From Myxococcota bacterium (GTDB lineage Bacteria; Myxococcota_A; UBA9160; UBA4427), in contig OZ252299.1 of assembly GCA_965250285.1 (NCBI GenBank), forward strand, positions 4,736,001 to 4,800,000: a stretch of 64,000 bases of DNA, written 5' to 3'. Positions 1 through 11,429 of the stretch are shown here, one piece after another. A program made the translations under genes and the position numbers. How positions within the stretch are numbered: position 1 is the first letter of the stretch; every line of letters begins with the position of its first letter. The notes below the pieces were generated by a model. That model did no database searches, was not told where the DNA came from, and saw only the letters and a program-made list of their open reading frames with translations.

Positions 1-1032
1 GAGACCGGCGAGGTCGTCTGGAACTTCCAGACCGTGCACAACGACCTCTGGGATTTCGATGTCCCCGCCCAGCCGACCTTGACGACGATCGAGATCGACG
101 GGGTCGCGCGCGACGTCGTCGTGCAGGCCACGAAGATGGGGCTGCTCTTCGTGCTCGATCGCGAGACCGGTGAGCCGGTGCGGCCGGTCGAAGAGCGCGC
201 CGTCCCCACCGCCGGTGCCGTCGCGGGCGAAGTCGTCTCGCCGACCCAGCCCTTCCCCGCGATCCCGATCCTGGTGCGCAACACGCTGTCGTCCGACGAT
301 GCCTGGGGCGTGACGCCCTGGGATCGAGGCGCCTGTCGCGACCGGATCGAGGCGCTTCGCTTCGATGGCATGTACACACCGCCATCGCTCGAAGGCACCG
401 TGATGTACCCGGGCAACGCCGGCGGTACGAACTGGGGCGGCATCGCCGTCGACCCCGCGCGCCAGGTCGCGTACGTGCGAAGCAGCGACCTGCCCTGGGT
501 CGTGACGATGATTCCGCGCGCCGACTTCGCCGCCGAACGCGACCTGCACCGCGGCCACGAACACGGGCCCCAGCTCGGTACGCCCTTCGGCATGCGCCGC
601 GAGATGCTCGTCTCGCCGATCGGCCTGCCGTGTGTGCCGCCACCGTGGGGCACGCTCAGCGCCGTCGACCTGAAGAACGCGCGCATCCTGTGGCAGGTGC
701 CCCATGGCAGCGTGCGAGATCTCGCGCCCGTACCGCTGCCGCTCGAGTGGGGCGTGCCCGGGGTGGGTGGACCGATGACGACGGCCAGCGGGGTCACGTT
801 CATCGGCGGCGCCCTCGACGACGACCTGCGCGCATACGACGGGGCGACGGGCGAGCTGCTGTGGCAACACCGCTTGCCCGGCGGACCGCAGGCGACCCCG
901 ATGAGCTACCGCGTCGACTTCGAAGGCGGTGCCGCGCGGCAGTACGTCGTCGTTGCCGCGGGCGGGCACGCGCGCGCGGGCACCACCCTCGGCGACAGCC
1001 TCGTCGCCTTTGCACTGGAATCGGGCTCGTAG
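1..1032 (+). CDS. PQQ-dependent dehydrogenase (glucose/quinate/shikimate family), C-terminal part; 5'-truncated by window edge
   Basis: Frame open from base 1 (ETGEVVWNFQTVHNDLWDFDVPAQP); motifs GGTNWGG, PPWGTLSAVDL, GGQATPMSY-like and QYVVVAAGGH typical of PQQ beta-propeller dehydrogenases. Confidence 0.9.
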   Translation, partial: ETGEVVWNFQTVHNDLWDFDVPAQPTLTTIEIDGVARDVVVQATKMGLLFVLDRETGEPVRPVEERAVPTAGAVAGEVVSPTQPFPAIPILVRNTLSSDDAWGVTPWDRGACRDRIEALRFDGMYTPPSLEGTVMYPGNAGGTNWGGIAVDPARQVAYVRSSDLPWVVTMIPRADFAAERDLHRGHEHGPQLGTPFGMRREMLVSPIGLPCVPPPWGTLSAVDLKNARILWQVPHGSVRDLAPVPLPLEWGVPGVGGPMTTASGVTFIGGALDDDLRAYDGATGELLWQHRLPGGPQATPMSYRVDFEGGAARQYVVVAAGGHARAGTTLGDSLVAFALESGS

Positions 1033-1067
1033 CGGATCCACCCTGCGAGACCCGCGAGCCGAGGAGA

Positions 1068-1616
1068 ATGAGCGCCATGCAAGACGACCTCGCTCACGAG
1101 CTGGCCGACCTGCGGCGGCGGGTCCGGCGCGGTGAGGCGGCCGAAGACGGGCGCCTCTGCTTCAACGAATATCTGTACTGCCTCGATGCCGGACACGTCG
1201 GTGAGCTGGTGGACCTGTTCGCCGACGACGCGCGGCTCGACGTGATGAACTTTCCGCCCGGGTCGGGGCACGACCTGCAGTACACGACACGCGACGACAT
1301 TCGCGCGCTCTACGAGCGATTCGCCGGCGAAGGCGCCCGACACCACGCCGCCAACGTCTCGATCGTCGTCGACGAAGCGGGCGACCGAAGCGAGCTCAGC
1401 GCCTACTTCCACACCGTCGTCGAGCATGCGCTCACGGGCGGCATCTACGAGCTCAGCCTCGAGCGTCGCGGCGACGCGTGGAAGATCGTGACGATGCGCA
1501 TCTCGAGCACCTGGGGCTGGGGCGTGGCGCACAGCGACCCCCCGTTCCTCAGCGAGCGATTCGCGGCGGGCACGCTGCGCGAGGGCCGACCGCCGCGCCG
1601 CGACGACGTTTCGTAG
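1068..1616 (+). CDS. SnoaL-like / NTF2-family protein
   Basis: GAGGAG at 1061-1066; ATG at 1068 or 1077; pattern EYLYCLD..LVDLFADDARL..RHHAAN..WKIVTMRI typical of SnoaL_4-type proteins. Confidence 0.75.
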   Translation: MSAMQDDLAHELADLRRRVRRGEAAEDGRLCFNEYLYCLDAGHVGELVDLFADDARLDVMNFPPGSGHDLQYTTRDDIRALYERFAGEGARHHAANVSIVVDEAGDRSELSAYFHTVVEHALTGGIYELSLERRGDAWKIVTMRISSTWGWGVAHSDPPFLSERFAAGTLREGRPPRRDDVS

Positions 1617-1629
1617 CCGCAGGCGCTAG

Positions 1630-1942
1630 GGATGCTCTGCAGAACTCGCTCCCCGCATGCGAGAACAGCTCTGGGTGCCGAACTCGATGGCTGACCAGCA
1701 GACGTTCGCGGGCGAGGCTTGGAAGCGGAAGAGCAGGGTGACGCGCCGCGACCGCTTCCTGGCCGAGCTGGATGCGCTGTGACCGAAGCGTCCCGAGGCC
1801 GGGGCAGGCGGGGGTACCGCGCGCAGTTCGCAGGCGCGACGGGCGCGACATACGAGCTCCCCTGACGGGTCGCGCCGAGAATGTCTGAGCACGGTGACCC
1901 CGCCTGCCCCGGCCCTGGCACGGCGGACTGGGCAGAGGTTCC
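1630..1942 (+). mobile_element. 313-bp internally deleted IS5-family element (MITE-like remnant)
   Basis: CTAG on both sides (1626-1629, 1943-1946); imperfect terminal IRs GGATGCTCTGC / rc GGAACCTCTGC (9 of 11); contains an IS5-like transposase N-terminus. Confidence 0.75.
1687..1782 (+). pseudogene. IS5-family transposase N-terminal remnant (31 aa)
   Basis: Translates to MADQQTFAGEAWKRKSRVTRRDRFLAELDAL*, resembling the IS5-subgroup N-terminus (Q.TFA...KRK.TRRE.FLAEM). Confidence 0.75.
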
Positions 1943-4102
1943 CTAGCTCTCGCGGCCGGCGCGGCGCAGCTCTTCGGTGATGTCCTGGATGCGGCGCCCG
2001 TGCCGCGCATGCGGGCCCGCCGCGGGCAGCCTCGGCCGCAGCTCGCGCCAGAGTGGAGCCGGCAGCGCAGCCTCGAGATACTCGTGCGCGGTACCGCGCA
2101 GCCCCGGGTCGTCGCTGTAGAGGCCACCCAGCGACGATGCGATCAGCTCGCCGTCGAAAGCGAGACCGAGCACGCAGAAGACGTGCTCGACGTTGCGCGG
2201 CACCCGGCGAGGCAGGCCGCGCGCGACCGGACCGGTCCCCGAATCTTCGACGGAACGGGTGCGCGCCCGGTGCTCCCAGGTGCGTGGGTCGACCGCCAGC
2301 TCACGCTGCACCGCCTCGCACACCGGTTCGGCGGGCTGGCGCAGCTCGGGACGTCGCGCGATGCACTCGAAGGCCGCGCGCGCACACGCCACTCGCACGT
2401 CGAAGTCGTCGTCCCCGAGACCCTCGAGGCACGCCACGACGGCCCGTCGGTCGCCGACCTGCCCGAGCACGCGCGGCAGGTGACGACGCACCATCGTGGG
2501 TGAACGTGCGTCGAGCAGTGCATCGGCCAGCTGACCGACGTGCGCGGGCGCGATCTCGGCGAGCCAGGCCTCGGCGTCCTCGAGCAGCGCGAAGCGCTCG
2601 AGCAACGGCACGACCCAGGCGATCAAGCGCGCGTCGACGCCCTCTGCGAGGGTCGCCCTCACCTCTTCGTCGGCGCCCGACGCGAGCCGCCGGGCGCGTT
2701 CGACGACCGCATCGAGCGTCGCTCCGTCTTCGGCCTCGGCGCCGCGCCCTTCGCGGCGCTCGATCTCCCGGATGCGCGCGGCGAGTTCGGCCCGGTCGAT
2801 CGAGACGTTGTCGGCGTAGGTGCGCTCGGTGACCGCGTCGTGCAGCTCCTCGGCTTCGAGGGTCAGCACGCCGGTGCGCAGACTGCGACCGAGCGCCGCG
2901 ACGTAGCCGCGGTGGATCCCGACCAGCAGCGCGAGGCAGACGAGGGCCGCGGCCGCCGCCATCCAGAGGAATCCCGATTGGGGCATGGCCGGGAAGAGCG
3001 CGAGCACGACCACGATCAAGCCGCCGACGATCATCTCGCCCACGCGTTGACCGCCGACGTCGACGAACGCCTTGGCCGGCCGCTTCGTGGCCGGATCGAG
3101 CGGCGTGTAGAGCAGCTCGAAGCCGGCGCGGAAGAACGAGCCCATCAACACCGACGCGCTGCCCGCGGCGGCCGCCGCCGTCGCAAGTCGCGTCACGAGC
3201 GCACCCGCGATGCTCGTCAGCAGCACCCCGATCGGCAGCGTCGCCATCGACCCCGAGAGCCCCAGGCGACGCAGGACGACGGGCCCGATCGTCGACTGCA
3301 GAACGAAGGCACCCACGCCGACGCCCGTATAGAAGATCGAGAAGAAGCGCACGAGGGCCTCGCGATCGGGGTAGCGCGCGGCCGCCTCGGCCTTGAGTAC
3401 GTAGTCGACGGCCGACTCCATCACGGCGATGAGCACCACGAAGAGCGCCATCTGCCGAAGCAGCGGCGTGCGGCGCACGATGCGCAGACCGGCGAGGGCA
3501 CCGCCCGGCGTTTCCTCTTCGGCCGGACGCACACCGCCGGCACCGATGCGGTTCACCACCAGCGCCGCCACGCCGTGCAGCATCGTCAGCGTCAGCAGGA
3601 GCGCGGGCAACCCGAGCCACGTCGACAGCCGCTCGGCGAGCACGCCGCCCACGACTCCACCGAGCGCGGCCCATCCGCCGGCGCGGGCGACGACGGTCTT
3701 GCCGGTGTACGGGTCGAAGCGCTCGTTCACCACCGACCAGAACCCGCTCACCAGCACCGCGCCGAGACCCGAGAAGTGCAGATACACCAGCACTGCGACG
3801 ACGCGCGGGGCGCGATCGAGCAGCCACCACTCGGCGAAGAAGAGCGCGGCGCTCGCGAGGAACACGCTCGGCACGAGTCGATGGGGCGCCCACCGCGCGA
3901 GCAGACGCGCAAAGCCCATCGTGACGGCGAGGGACGCGGCCGCCGCCACGATCATCGCGCGCGGGAGCAACGTCACATCGAACTCGGAGAGGAAGAGCGC
4001 ATCGCGCGTCGCCTTCGCGACGATGTGCGCCGACAGGATCAGCAGCGCCGAGACGAACGCGAAGATCGGCGCCGAGTCGGGTGTGCGGGCGGGGGCGGCC
4101 AT
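1943..4102 (-). CDS. Npt/TLC-like (ADP/ATP carrier-like) multi-TM transporter with C-terminal HEAT-like repeats
   Basis: About 12 hydrophobic segments; KATRDALFLS, FWSVVNERFD and ELLYTPL..KR.AK.FVD motifs; helical C-terminal repeats (VRRHLPRVL, GLGDDDFDVRVACARA). Confidence 0.7.
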   Translation of the reverse strand: MAAPARTPDSAPIFAFVSALLILSAHIVAKATRDALFLSEFDVTLLPRAMIVAAAASLAVTMGFARLLARWAPHRLVPSVFLASAALFFAEWWLLDRAPRVVAVLVYLHFSGLGAVLVSGFWSVVNERFDPYTGKTVVARAGGWAALGGVVGGVLAERLSTWLGLPALLLTLTMLHGVAALVVNRIGAGGVRPAEEETPGGALAGLRIVRRTPLLRQMALFVVLIAVMESAVDYVLKAEAAARYPDREALVRFFSIFYTGVGVGAFVLQSTIGPVVLRRLGLSGSMATLPIGVLLTSIAGALVTRLATAAAAAGSASVLMGSFFRAGFELLYTPLDPATKRPAKAFVDVGGQRVGEMIVGGLIVVVLALFPAMPQSGFLWMAAAAALVCLALLVGIHRGYVAALGRSLRTGVLTLEAEELHDAVTERTYADNVSIDRAELAARIREIERREGRGAEAEDGATLDAVVERARRLASGADEEVRATLAEGVDARLIAWVVPLLERFALLEDAEAWLAEIAPAHVGQLADALLDARSPTMVRRHLPRVLGQVGDRRAVVACLEGLGDDDFDVRVACARAAFECIARRPELRQPAEPVCEAVQRELAVDPRTWEHRARTRSVEDSGTGPVARGLPRRVPRNVEHVFCVLGLAFDGELIASSLGGLYSDDPGLRGTAHEYLEAALPAPLWRELRPRLPAAGPHARHGRRIQDITEELRRAGRES

Positions 4103-4117
4103 GGGACGAGCTCGGCT

Positions 4118-6196
<2,079 letters not shown>

Positions 6197-6303
6197 CGCG
6201 CCCTCCGCGCCGGATTGTACCTGCGATGGGCGGAGGCGAGTGCGGGCGATGCACAACGACGCTCCGGACCACTTGGATGCCGCTGGGCCAGTCGAAGACG
6301 GCC

Positions 6304-6358
6304 GGATCGAAGGGGCGCCCTGCCCATGCACCTGGCCTGGATCGAAGGGGCGCCCTGC
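6304..6358. repeat. Exact 20-bp direct repeat GGATCGAAGGGGCGCCCTGC x2 (35-bp period)
   Basis: Copies at 6304-6323 and 6339-6358 in the divergent intergenic region. Confidence 0.9.
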
Positions 6359-6457
6359 GCGCGAGCGCCTATTCTGGATCGACGAACTTGCCCCGGTCAC
6401 GGCGCCCACCGCGGCGAACGGGGCCCCGACCGAGGCCGCCCTCGAGGAGATGCGAGC

Positions 6458-7204
6458 ATGTTCGATCTGACGGGCCGACGCGCCCTCGTGACGGGGTCGG
6501 GGCGGGGTGTCGGCGAGGGCATTGCGCGCTCGCTGGCCGATGCGGGGGCGGTCGTCGCCATCAACGACCTGGTCGCCGACCGCGCGGCGGCCGTCGCCGA
6601 CTCGATTCAGGCGGGCGGCGGCGCAGCGCGGGTTTCGGCCTTCGACGTCGGTGACTACGACGCGGTGGTGGCGGGCATCGCGGCGTTCGAGGCCGACGTG
6701 GGCGGTCTCGACATCCTCGTGAACAACGCCGGGATCCCCGAGTCGATGGGCGTCCAGCCGTTTCGCGAGACCGAGCCCGCAGCGTGGCGACCGTACATCG
6801 ACGTCAATCTCTTCGGTGTGATGAACTGCTCGCGCGCCGTCATCAACGGCATGTGCGAGCGTGGACACGGCCGCATCGTGACGATCTCGTCGGGCGCCGG
6901 CACGACGGGCCTCAACCTCGGTGTCTCGCCATACGCCGCCGGCAAGGGGGGTGGCATCAGCTTCATGCGGCACCTGGCCCTCGAGTCGGCCGGTCAAGGC
7001 GTCACGGCCAACAGTCTCGCCATCGGCATGATCGACAATCATCTCGACCCGAAGATCACAGAACACCTGACGCGCCAGATCCCGGTCGGGCGGCTCGGCC
7101 AGCCCGCCGACATCGCGGCGCTGTGTCTCTATCTGGTCTCGGACGAGGCCGCTTGGATGACGGGCCAGACGCTCGAGCTGAACGGCGGCAGCGTCACGAC
7201 CTGA
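6458..7204 (+). CDS. Short-chain dehydrogenase/reductase
   Basis: TGSGRGVG, NNAG, YAAGK catalytic motif; GAGGAG upstream. Confidence 0.92.
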   Translation: MFDLTGRRALVTGSGRGVGEGIARSLADAGAVVAINDLVADRAAAVADSIQAGGGAARVSAFDVGDYDAVVAGIAAFEADVGGLDILVNNAGIPESMGVQPFRETEPAAWRPYIDVNLFGVMNCSRAVINGMCERGHGRIVTISSGAGTTGLNLGVSPYAAGKGGGISFMRHLALESAGQGVTANSLAIGMIDNHLDPKITEHLTRQIPVGRLGQPADIAALCLYLVSDEAAWMTGQTLELNGGSVTT

Positions 7205-7393
7205 GAACCGTCGGCGCGGAGTCGGGCGATTCGACTCGCGCGACTAGGGTCTATCCCCGAGCCGGACGGCCGGGGTGCACATTTCTGCACCCGCTTCAGG
7301 CAGTGCGGCACCGGCTTCCCTTTGGATTTGCACGAGATCGGTCGATACGAGTCGAGGCGCTTCGGCGCCGACCGATGGAGTGCTTCGACCCCG

Positions 7394-8167
7394 ATGGACC
7401 AGGCCCGACCGCTGTATCTCCCGAGCACGATGTTGCGCACGAGCTACGAGCGCGCGCGCAGCGTCGATCACGCGCAGCAGATTCAGGAATGCGCCGACTT
7501 GCTCACGCACCCCGAGCTGATCGCGAGCGAGCTGCTCGATGCCTATGCGGTGATCGAGAGCTTTGGCGAGTCGGAGCTCGACCTGGTGTGCAACCTCGAG
7601 CGTCGCGACCCCAACGAAGAGTCTCAGGAGCTCGTGCTCGACCACTTCTACGAGGGGCAGGAAGTCACGGTCGCGTGCACGTCCGACTGCGACTTCGAGT
7701 TTCGATGTCTCGCGACCGACGTTCGACCCGTGCCTCAGCTGCAACGCAGCGGCGAGAGCGTGCGCGACGGCTTCGACTACATCGCCGAGCCTCTCGAGGC
7801 GGGTGAGCGCCCGATCCTCGGCGTCGCGCAGACGTTCGACGACAGCTCGGCCTACCCTCTCCTGCTGCGCCTGCTGTGTGCGCTGACCGAGCTCGCCCCG
7901 GCCCAGCAGCTGAACGTGATCAACACCGACCGTCTCAAGGGAGCGCTCCAGGCGGATGTGCGGTTCGACCTGCACATGGTGCTCTGGGACGACGGCGAGA
8001 CCCCCGACTCGGCGACGACGCTGTGCGAGCTGGCACGCGACCTGGCCGAGGCGTCGCGCCGCGGCATCGACGGCACGCCGCTCGCCGATCGCATCGGTCA
8101 GATCCACTGTCTGCGCATGGACCCGGGCGACTTCCAGGGCGAGCTCGAAGAGATGTGGCGCATCTGA
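7394..8167 (+). CDS. Hypothetical acidic protein
   Basis: Long ORF with genome-like codon usage; start uncertain (TTG 7322 or ATG 7394). Confidence 0.7.
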   Translation: MDQARPLYLPSTMLRTSYERARSVDHAQQIQECADLLTHPELIASELLDAYAVIESFGESELDLVCNLERRDPNEESQELVLDHFYEGQEVTVACTSDCDFEFRCLATDVRPVPQLQRSGESVRDGFDYIAEPLEAGERPILGVAQTFDDSSAYPLLLRLLCALTELAPAQQLNVINTDRLKGALQADVRFDLHMVLWDDGETPDSATTLCELARDLAEASRRGIDGTPLADRIGQIHCLRMDPGDFQGELEEMWRI

Positions 8168-8180
8168 GCAGCGCAGAGAC

Positions 8181-8636
8181 TCAGTGGTAGCAGCGCGACT
8201 CACCGACCGGCACGCCCGGATCGGCCTCGTTCTCGACGACGATCGTGAAGCTGACCCGCTCGTTGAAGCCGACGCGGGCAACCGTCTCGATCGGCCGGAT
8301 CACGTAGCGCGCACCGGCAAGCGATTCGAACATCGCGACGCATCGCACCTGCACCTTGAACCTCGTCGTGACGTACGAGCCGTCGATGTCGGTCATGTAC
8401 CTGAGGCGCACGCGCACCTTGTGATCCCCGGGCAATACCTCGGCTGCGCGTCCGCTGAGCTCCTTGCGATCGATCTCGATGAACTTGAGCGTGGCCCGAT
8501 CGTTGTCGAGTGAGATCACGGAGATCTCTTCGGGCGGACGGGTGGGGCCGTCGTAGAAGCGGGTCTGGACGCACCCCACCATCAACGAGAGAGAGACGAG
8601 TACGCACACACCGAGTCGTGCCGGCCACCCCTGCAT
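8181..8636 (-). CDS. Hypothetical lipoprotein
   Basis: Signal peptide with lipobox LMVGC followed by FYDGPTRP and a beta-rich domain. Confidence 0.7.
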   Translation of the reverse strand: MQGWPARLGVCVLVSLSLMVGCVQTRFYDGPTRPPEEISVISLDNDRATLKFIEIDRKELSGRAAEVLPGDHKVRVRLRYMTDIDGSYVTTRFKVQVRCVAMFESLAGARYVIRPIETVARVGFNERVSFTIVVENEADPGVPVGESRCYH

Positions 8637-8748
8637 GCATCTTCGTGTATCACCCGCGGCTCGCGCTGTCACGCAGTCGAGAAGAGCCCGACACACCGGT
8701 CACGAGCGACACGTACGGGTCGACGCATCCGACCGCTCCGTTCCGAGC

Positions 8749-9165
8749 TCAGGGCAGCAGCGCGAACCCCGCAACTGCGCCCGTCCCCGCGAGCAGCACC
8801 GCGATGAACGCAGCCCAGGCGTGGGCTTCTCGCGCGCTGAGGTCGCCCTCTTCCAGGCGACCGCCGAAGCGCGCGACGGCGCCGAACGCGAGCAGCGCGA
8901 GCGAACCGATCAAGCCGTGAAATGTGGTGAGCGGTGAGACACCTTGCCAGAACGCGGTCGTCGCGAGGCCACCCAGAAAGCCGACGACGAGCAACCCGAC
9001 GGCGGGCTTGCCGAATCGCAGATGGCGGGCGCGATGTTCCTTGCGAGTATAACGACCGAGGTCGCCGCCATTGCGCGCGCTCCGCAGCGCAAGACCGTGT
9101 CGCAGTGCGACGAGGATCAAAGCGAGCGTCGTCACCATGAAGGCGGGGTGGACGTACTCGATCAC
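8749..9165 (-). CDS. DUF4079-like membrane protein (His-containing, 4 TM)
   Basis: GTG start; HP..M, RARHLRFG, TFHG, AHAW histidine pattern across four hydrophobic helices. Confidence 0.7.
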   Translation of the reverse strand: MIEYVHPAFMVTTLALILVALRHGLALRSARNGGDLGRYTRKEHRARHLRFGKPAVGLLVVGFLGGLATTAFWQGVSPLTTFHGLIGSLALLAFGAVARFGGRLEEGDLSAREAHAWAAFIAVLLAGTGAVAGFALLP

Positions 9166-9181
9166 GCGGTCCACCGCTGCG

Positions 9182-9907
9182 TCAGTCGATCTTGTGGATG
9201 ATGGATGGCGGCAATCGCTTGCGGAGGCTGGCGGTGGCCTGCTCGAGATAGTCGCCATCGCGACTCTCGAGCGTCAGCATCACGCGGTAGTCAGGCTCGG
9301 CGATGCGCGGGTAGCTGCCGAGCTGCAGCTGCGGAAACTCGACGAGCAGTGCGTTCAGCTCGTCGGCGATGTCGCTCTCGTACGCCGTGACGTAGACGCG
9401 CTTCAGCTGGAAGGGCACCCCGCTGAAGCGATCGCGAATCGACTCGAACTTCTTCTGAAAGAGCTCCGGGATGCCCGGAAAGATGTAGACGTTCTCGACG
9501 ACGACGACCGGAAACCACAGATCGCCGGCATCGATGCACTGAGCGTCGGCCGGCAACATCGCCATCTTCTTCATCGCATCATTGAGCGGGCCGCGTCCCG
9601 CACGCTCCAGCCGCTCGACCATCCCCTCGTGCAGGGTCAGCTCGCGACCGAACGCCTTCGCGATGCTCTCCATCGTCATGTCGTCGTGGGTCGGACCGAT
9701 GCCGCCGCTCGTGAATACGAAGTCATTGGCCTTCGCAAGCCCGAGCACCTCTTCGGCGATGATGTCGACTTCGTCGGGGATCGTCTGAATGCGCGTGAGG
9801 TCGACGCCGAGCGCACGCAGCTCACGCGCCAGGAAGGGCGAGTTCGTGTCGACGATCTTCCCGGAGAGGATCTCGTTGCCGATGATGAGACAGCCCGCGG
9901 ACGGCAT
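9182..9907 (-). CDS. CinA-like molybdopterin-binding domain protein
   Basis: IIGNEILSGKIVDTNS, SGGIGPTHDDMT, FPGIP, LGSYP motifs; no C-terminal PncC domain. Confidence 0.88.
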   Translation of the reverse strand: MPSAGCLIIGNEILSGKIVDTNSPFLARELRALGVDLTRIQTIPDEVDIIAEEVLGLAKANDFVFTSGGIGPTHDDMTMESIAKAFGRELTLHEGMVERLERAGRGPLNDAMKKMAMLPADAQCIDAGDLWFPVVVVENVYIFPGIPELFQKKFESIRDRFSGVPFQLKRVYVTAYESDIADELNALLVEFPQLQLGSYPRIAEPDYRVMLTLESRDGDYLEQATASLRKRLPPSIIHKID

Positions 9908-9980
9908 GGCTGAAGCGTAGCCGGCGGCCTGTCGCGCCGCGAATCCGGCCCTCACGGCCACGACCTCCTATGCTCGGTCC

Positions 9981-10277
9981 ATGGCGTCGCAGCACACGAT
10001 CCGATTCGAGCCCTCGGGCACCGAGACCCGCGTCGAGGCAGGCACGACACTGCTCGACGCCGCGCGAGCGGCCGGATTGCCCGTCGCGAGCGCATGCGAT
10101 CGGCAGTTCACATGCGGTCGCTGCGGCATGCGAATCCTGTCCGGCGACGAATCGATCGCCGCGGAATCGAAGCGAGAGGTGGAGATCAAGCGGCGCAACC
10201 GCGTCGATGCCAAGCTGCGTCTTTCTTGCGTCGTCCAGGTTCGTGGCGACCTCGCCGTGACCGCACCGTACTGGTGA
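9981..10277 (+). CDS. 2Fe-2S ferredoxin
   Basis: C-x5-C-x2-C (CDRQFTCGRC) plus RLSC. Confidence 0.88.
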   Translation: MASQHTIRFEPSGTETRVEAGTTLLDAARAAGLPVASACDRQFTCGRCGMRILSGDESIAAESKREVEIKRRNRVDAKLRLSCVVQVRGDLAVTAPYW

Positions 10278-10299
10278 AAGCCCGAGCAACGAGCACGCC

Positions 10300-10695
10300 A
10301 TGACCCGCACCCACGACATCGCGATCGTACTCGTCGATCACGGCACACGCAGCGTCGACACGCGTGGGCATCTGCCGGCCGTGGCCGAACGCATCGCCAA
10401 GGCGCGCCCCGACTGGCTCGTGCGACACGCCCACATGGAGTTCGGGCAGCCCGACGTCGCGGCCGCCATCGAAGCGTGCATTGCCGAGGGCGCGACCGAG
10501 ATTCATGTGCATCCGTTCTTCTTGAACGAGGGGATGCACGTGCGCGAGACGATCCCGGAGCTGGTCGACACCGCGCGCGCAAAGCACCCCGGTGTCGTGA
10601 TCGACGTGACCGACCATCTCGGTCTCCACGACGGGATCGTCGACGCGGTGCTGTCTCGCGTCGACGCGTCGCACGATCGGCGCCGCGACGGCTAG
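10300..10695 (+). CDS. CbiX/SirB-family sirohydrochlorin chelatase (short form)
   Basis: VDHGTR, AHMEFGQP, HPFFL.EGMHV..TIP, HLG motifs. Confidence 0.85.
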   Translation: MTRTHDIAIVLVDHGTRSVDTRGHLPAVAERIAKARPDWLVRHAHMEFGQPDVAAAIEACIAEGATEIHVHPFFLNEGMHVRETIPELVDTARAKHPGVVIDVTDHLGLHDGIVDAVLSRVDASHDRRRDG

Positions 10696-10704
10696 CCGAC
10701 CGGC

Positions 10705-11256
10705 TCACGCCCTACGGTCGAGATCCCACCAGTAGAGTCCCGCAACCACGAGGGCGTGCGTGATCGCGCCCGCCCCGAGCAGCCGAGGCACGTCGGCCGC
10801 CGGCACCAGCTCGACCACCGTCTCCTCAGTCGGCCCGTTCTGGATCGCTTCGACCTCGACCGCGCCTTCGACGAGGAACGTGTGGCACGTGTTGCCGAAG
10901 AGCGCCGGGTTCGGGTTGACGTCGCCGAGGCGGCGAGCACCGCCGCCCCGATACCCCGTCTCTTCGAGCAGCTCTCGCGCCGCCGCTGTCGCGGGCGCCT
11001 CACCGGGGTCGACCAGCCCACCGGGCAGCTCGAGCGTGACGTCGCGGCTGCCGTGCCGGTATTGACGAACCATCACGATCTCATCGTCGGGCGTCACCGG
11101 CACGACGTTCACCCAATCTCCCGAGTCGATGCGATAGAAGGGGTGGACGTCGCCCGTGTGCGGGCACTCGGTCAGGGTGCGTCCGACGGTGAAGACCTTG
11201 CATTCTTGAAGGGTCTCGGTCTCGATCGGGCGCCAGGGCTTCGGGTGGTCGGGCAT
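10705..11256 (-). CDS. NUDIX hydrolase (ADP-ribose pyrophosphatase-like)
   Basis: Nudix box GLVDPGEAPATAAARELLEETG; VRQYRHG. Confidence 0.92.
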   Translation of the reverse strand: MPDHPKPWRPIETETLQECKVFTVGRTLTECPHTGDVHPFYRIDSGDWVNVVPVTPDDEIVMVRQYRHGSRDVTLELPGGLVDPGEAPATAAARELLEETGYRGGGARRLGDVNPNPALFGNTCHTFLVEGAVEVEAIQNGPTEETVVELVPAADVPRLLGAGAITHALVVAGLYWWDLDRRA

Positions 11257-11429
11257 GGGGGCGAAGCTACCACGCGCTCTGCCGGGGTGTTTCGAGCGTG
11301 TCGGGTCGGAGCGTTCCGCGAGCGCGCGCTGGTGCTACGCTGCGCCGCGCCGAACCGCGGAGGCCACGAGCGCCCCCCTCGTCCACCCCCCGACCCGGCG
11401 CGCTCCCCGCCGCCAGCCCCGGAAACGCC

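Noticed and set aside
6197..7066. N-terminal 290-aa extension of the Ser/Thr kinase in the ORF track
   Set aside because: It is the antisense of the SDR gene; the RBS and TM segment support a start at 6196
7270..7295. Inverted repeat GGGTGCA-CATTTC-TGCACCC as an enhancer-binding site or terminator
   Set aside because: Short, with no U-tract and no convincing downstream -24/-12 element; function cannot be supported
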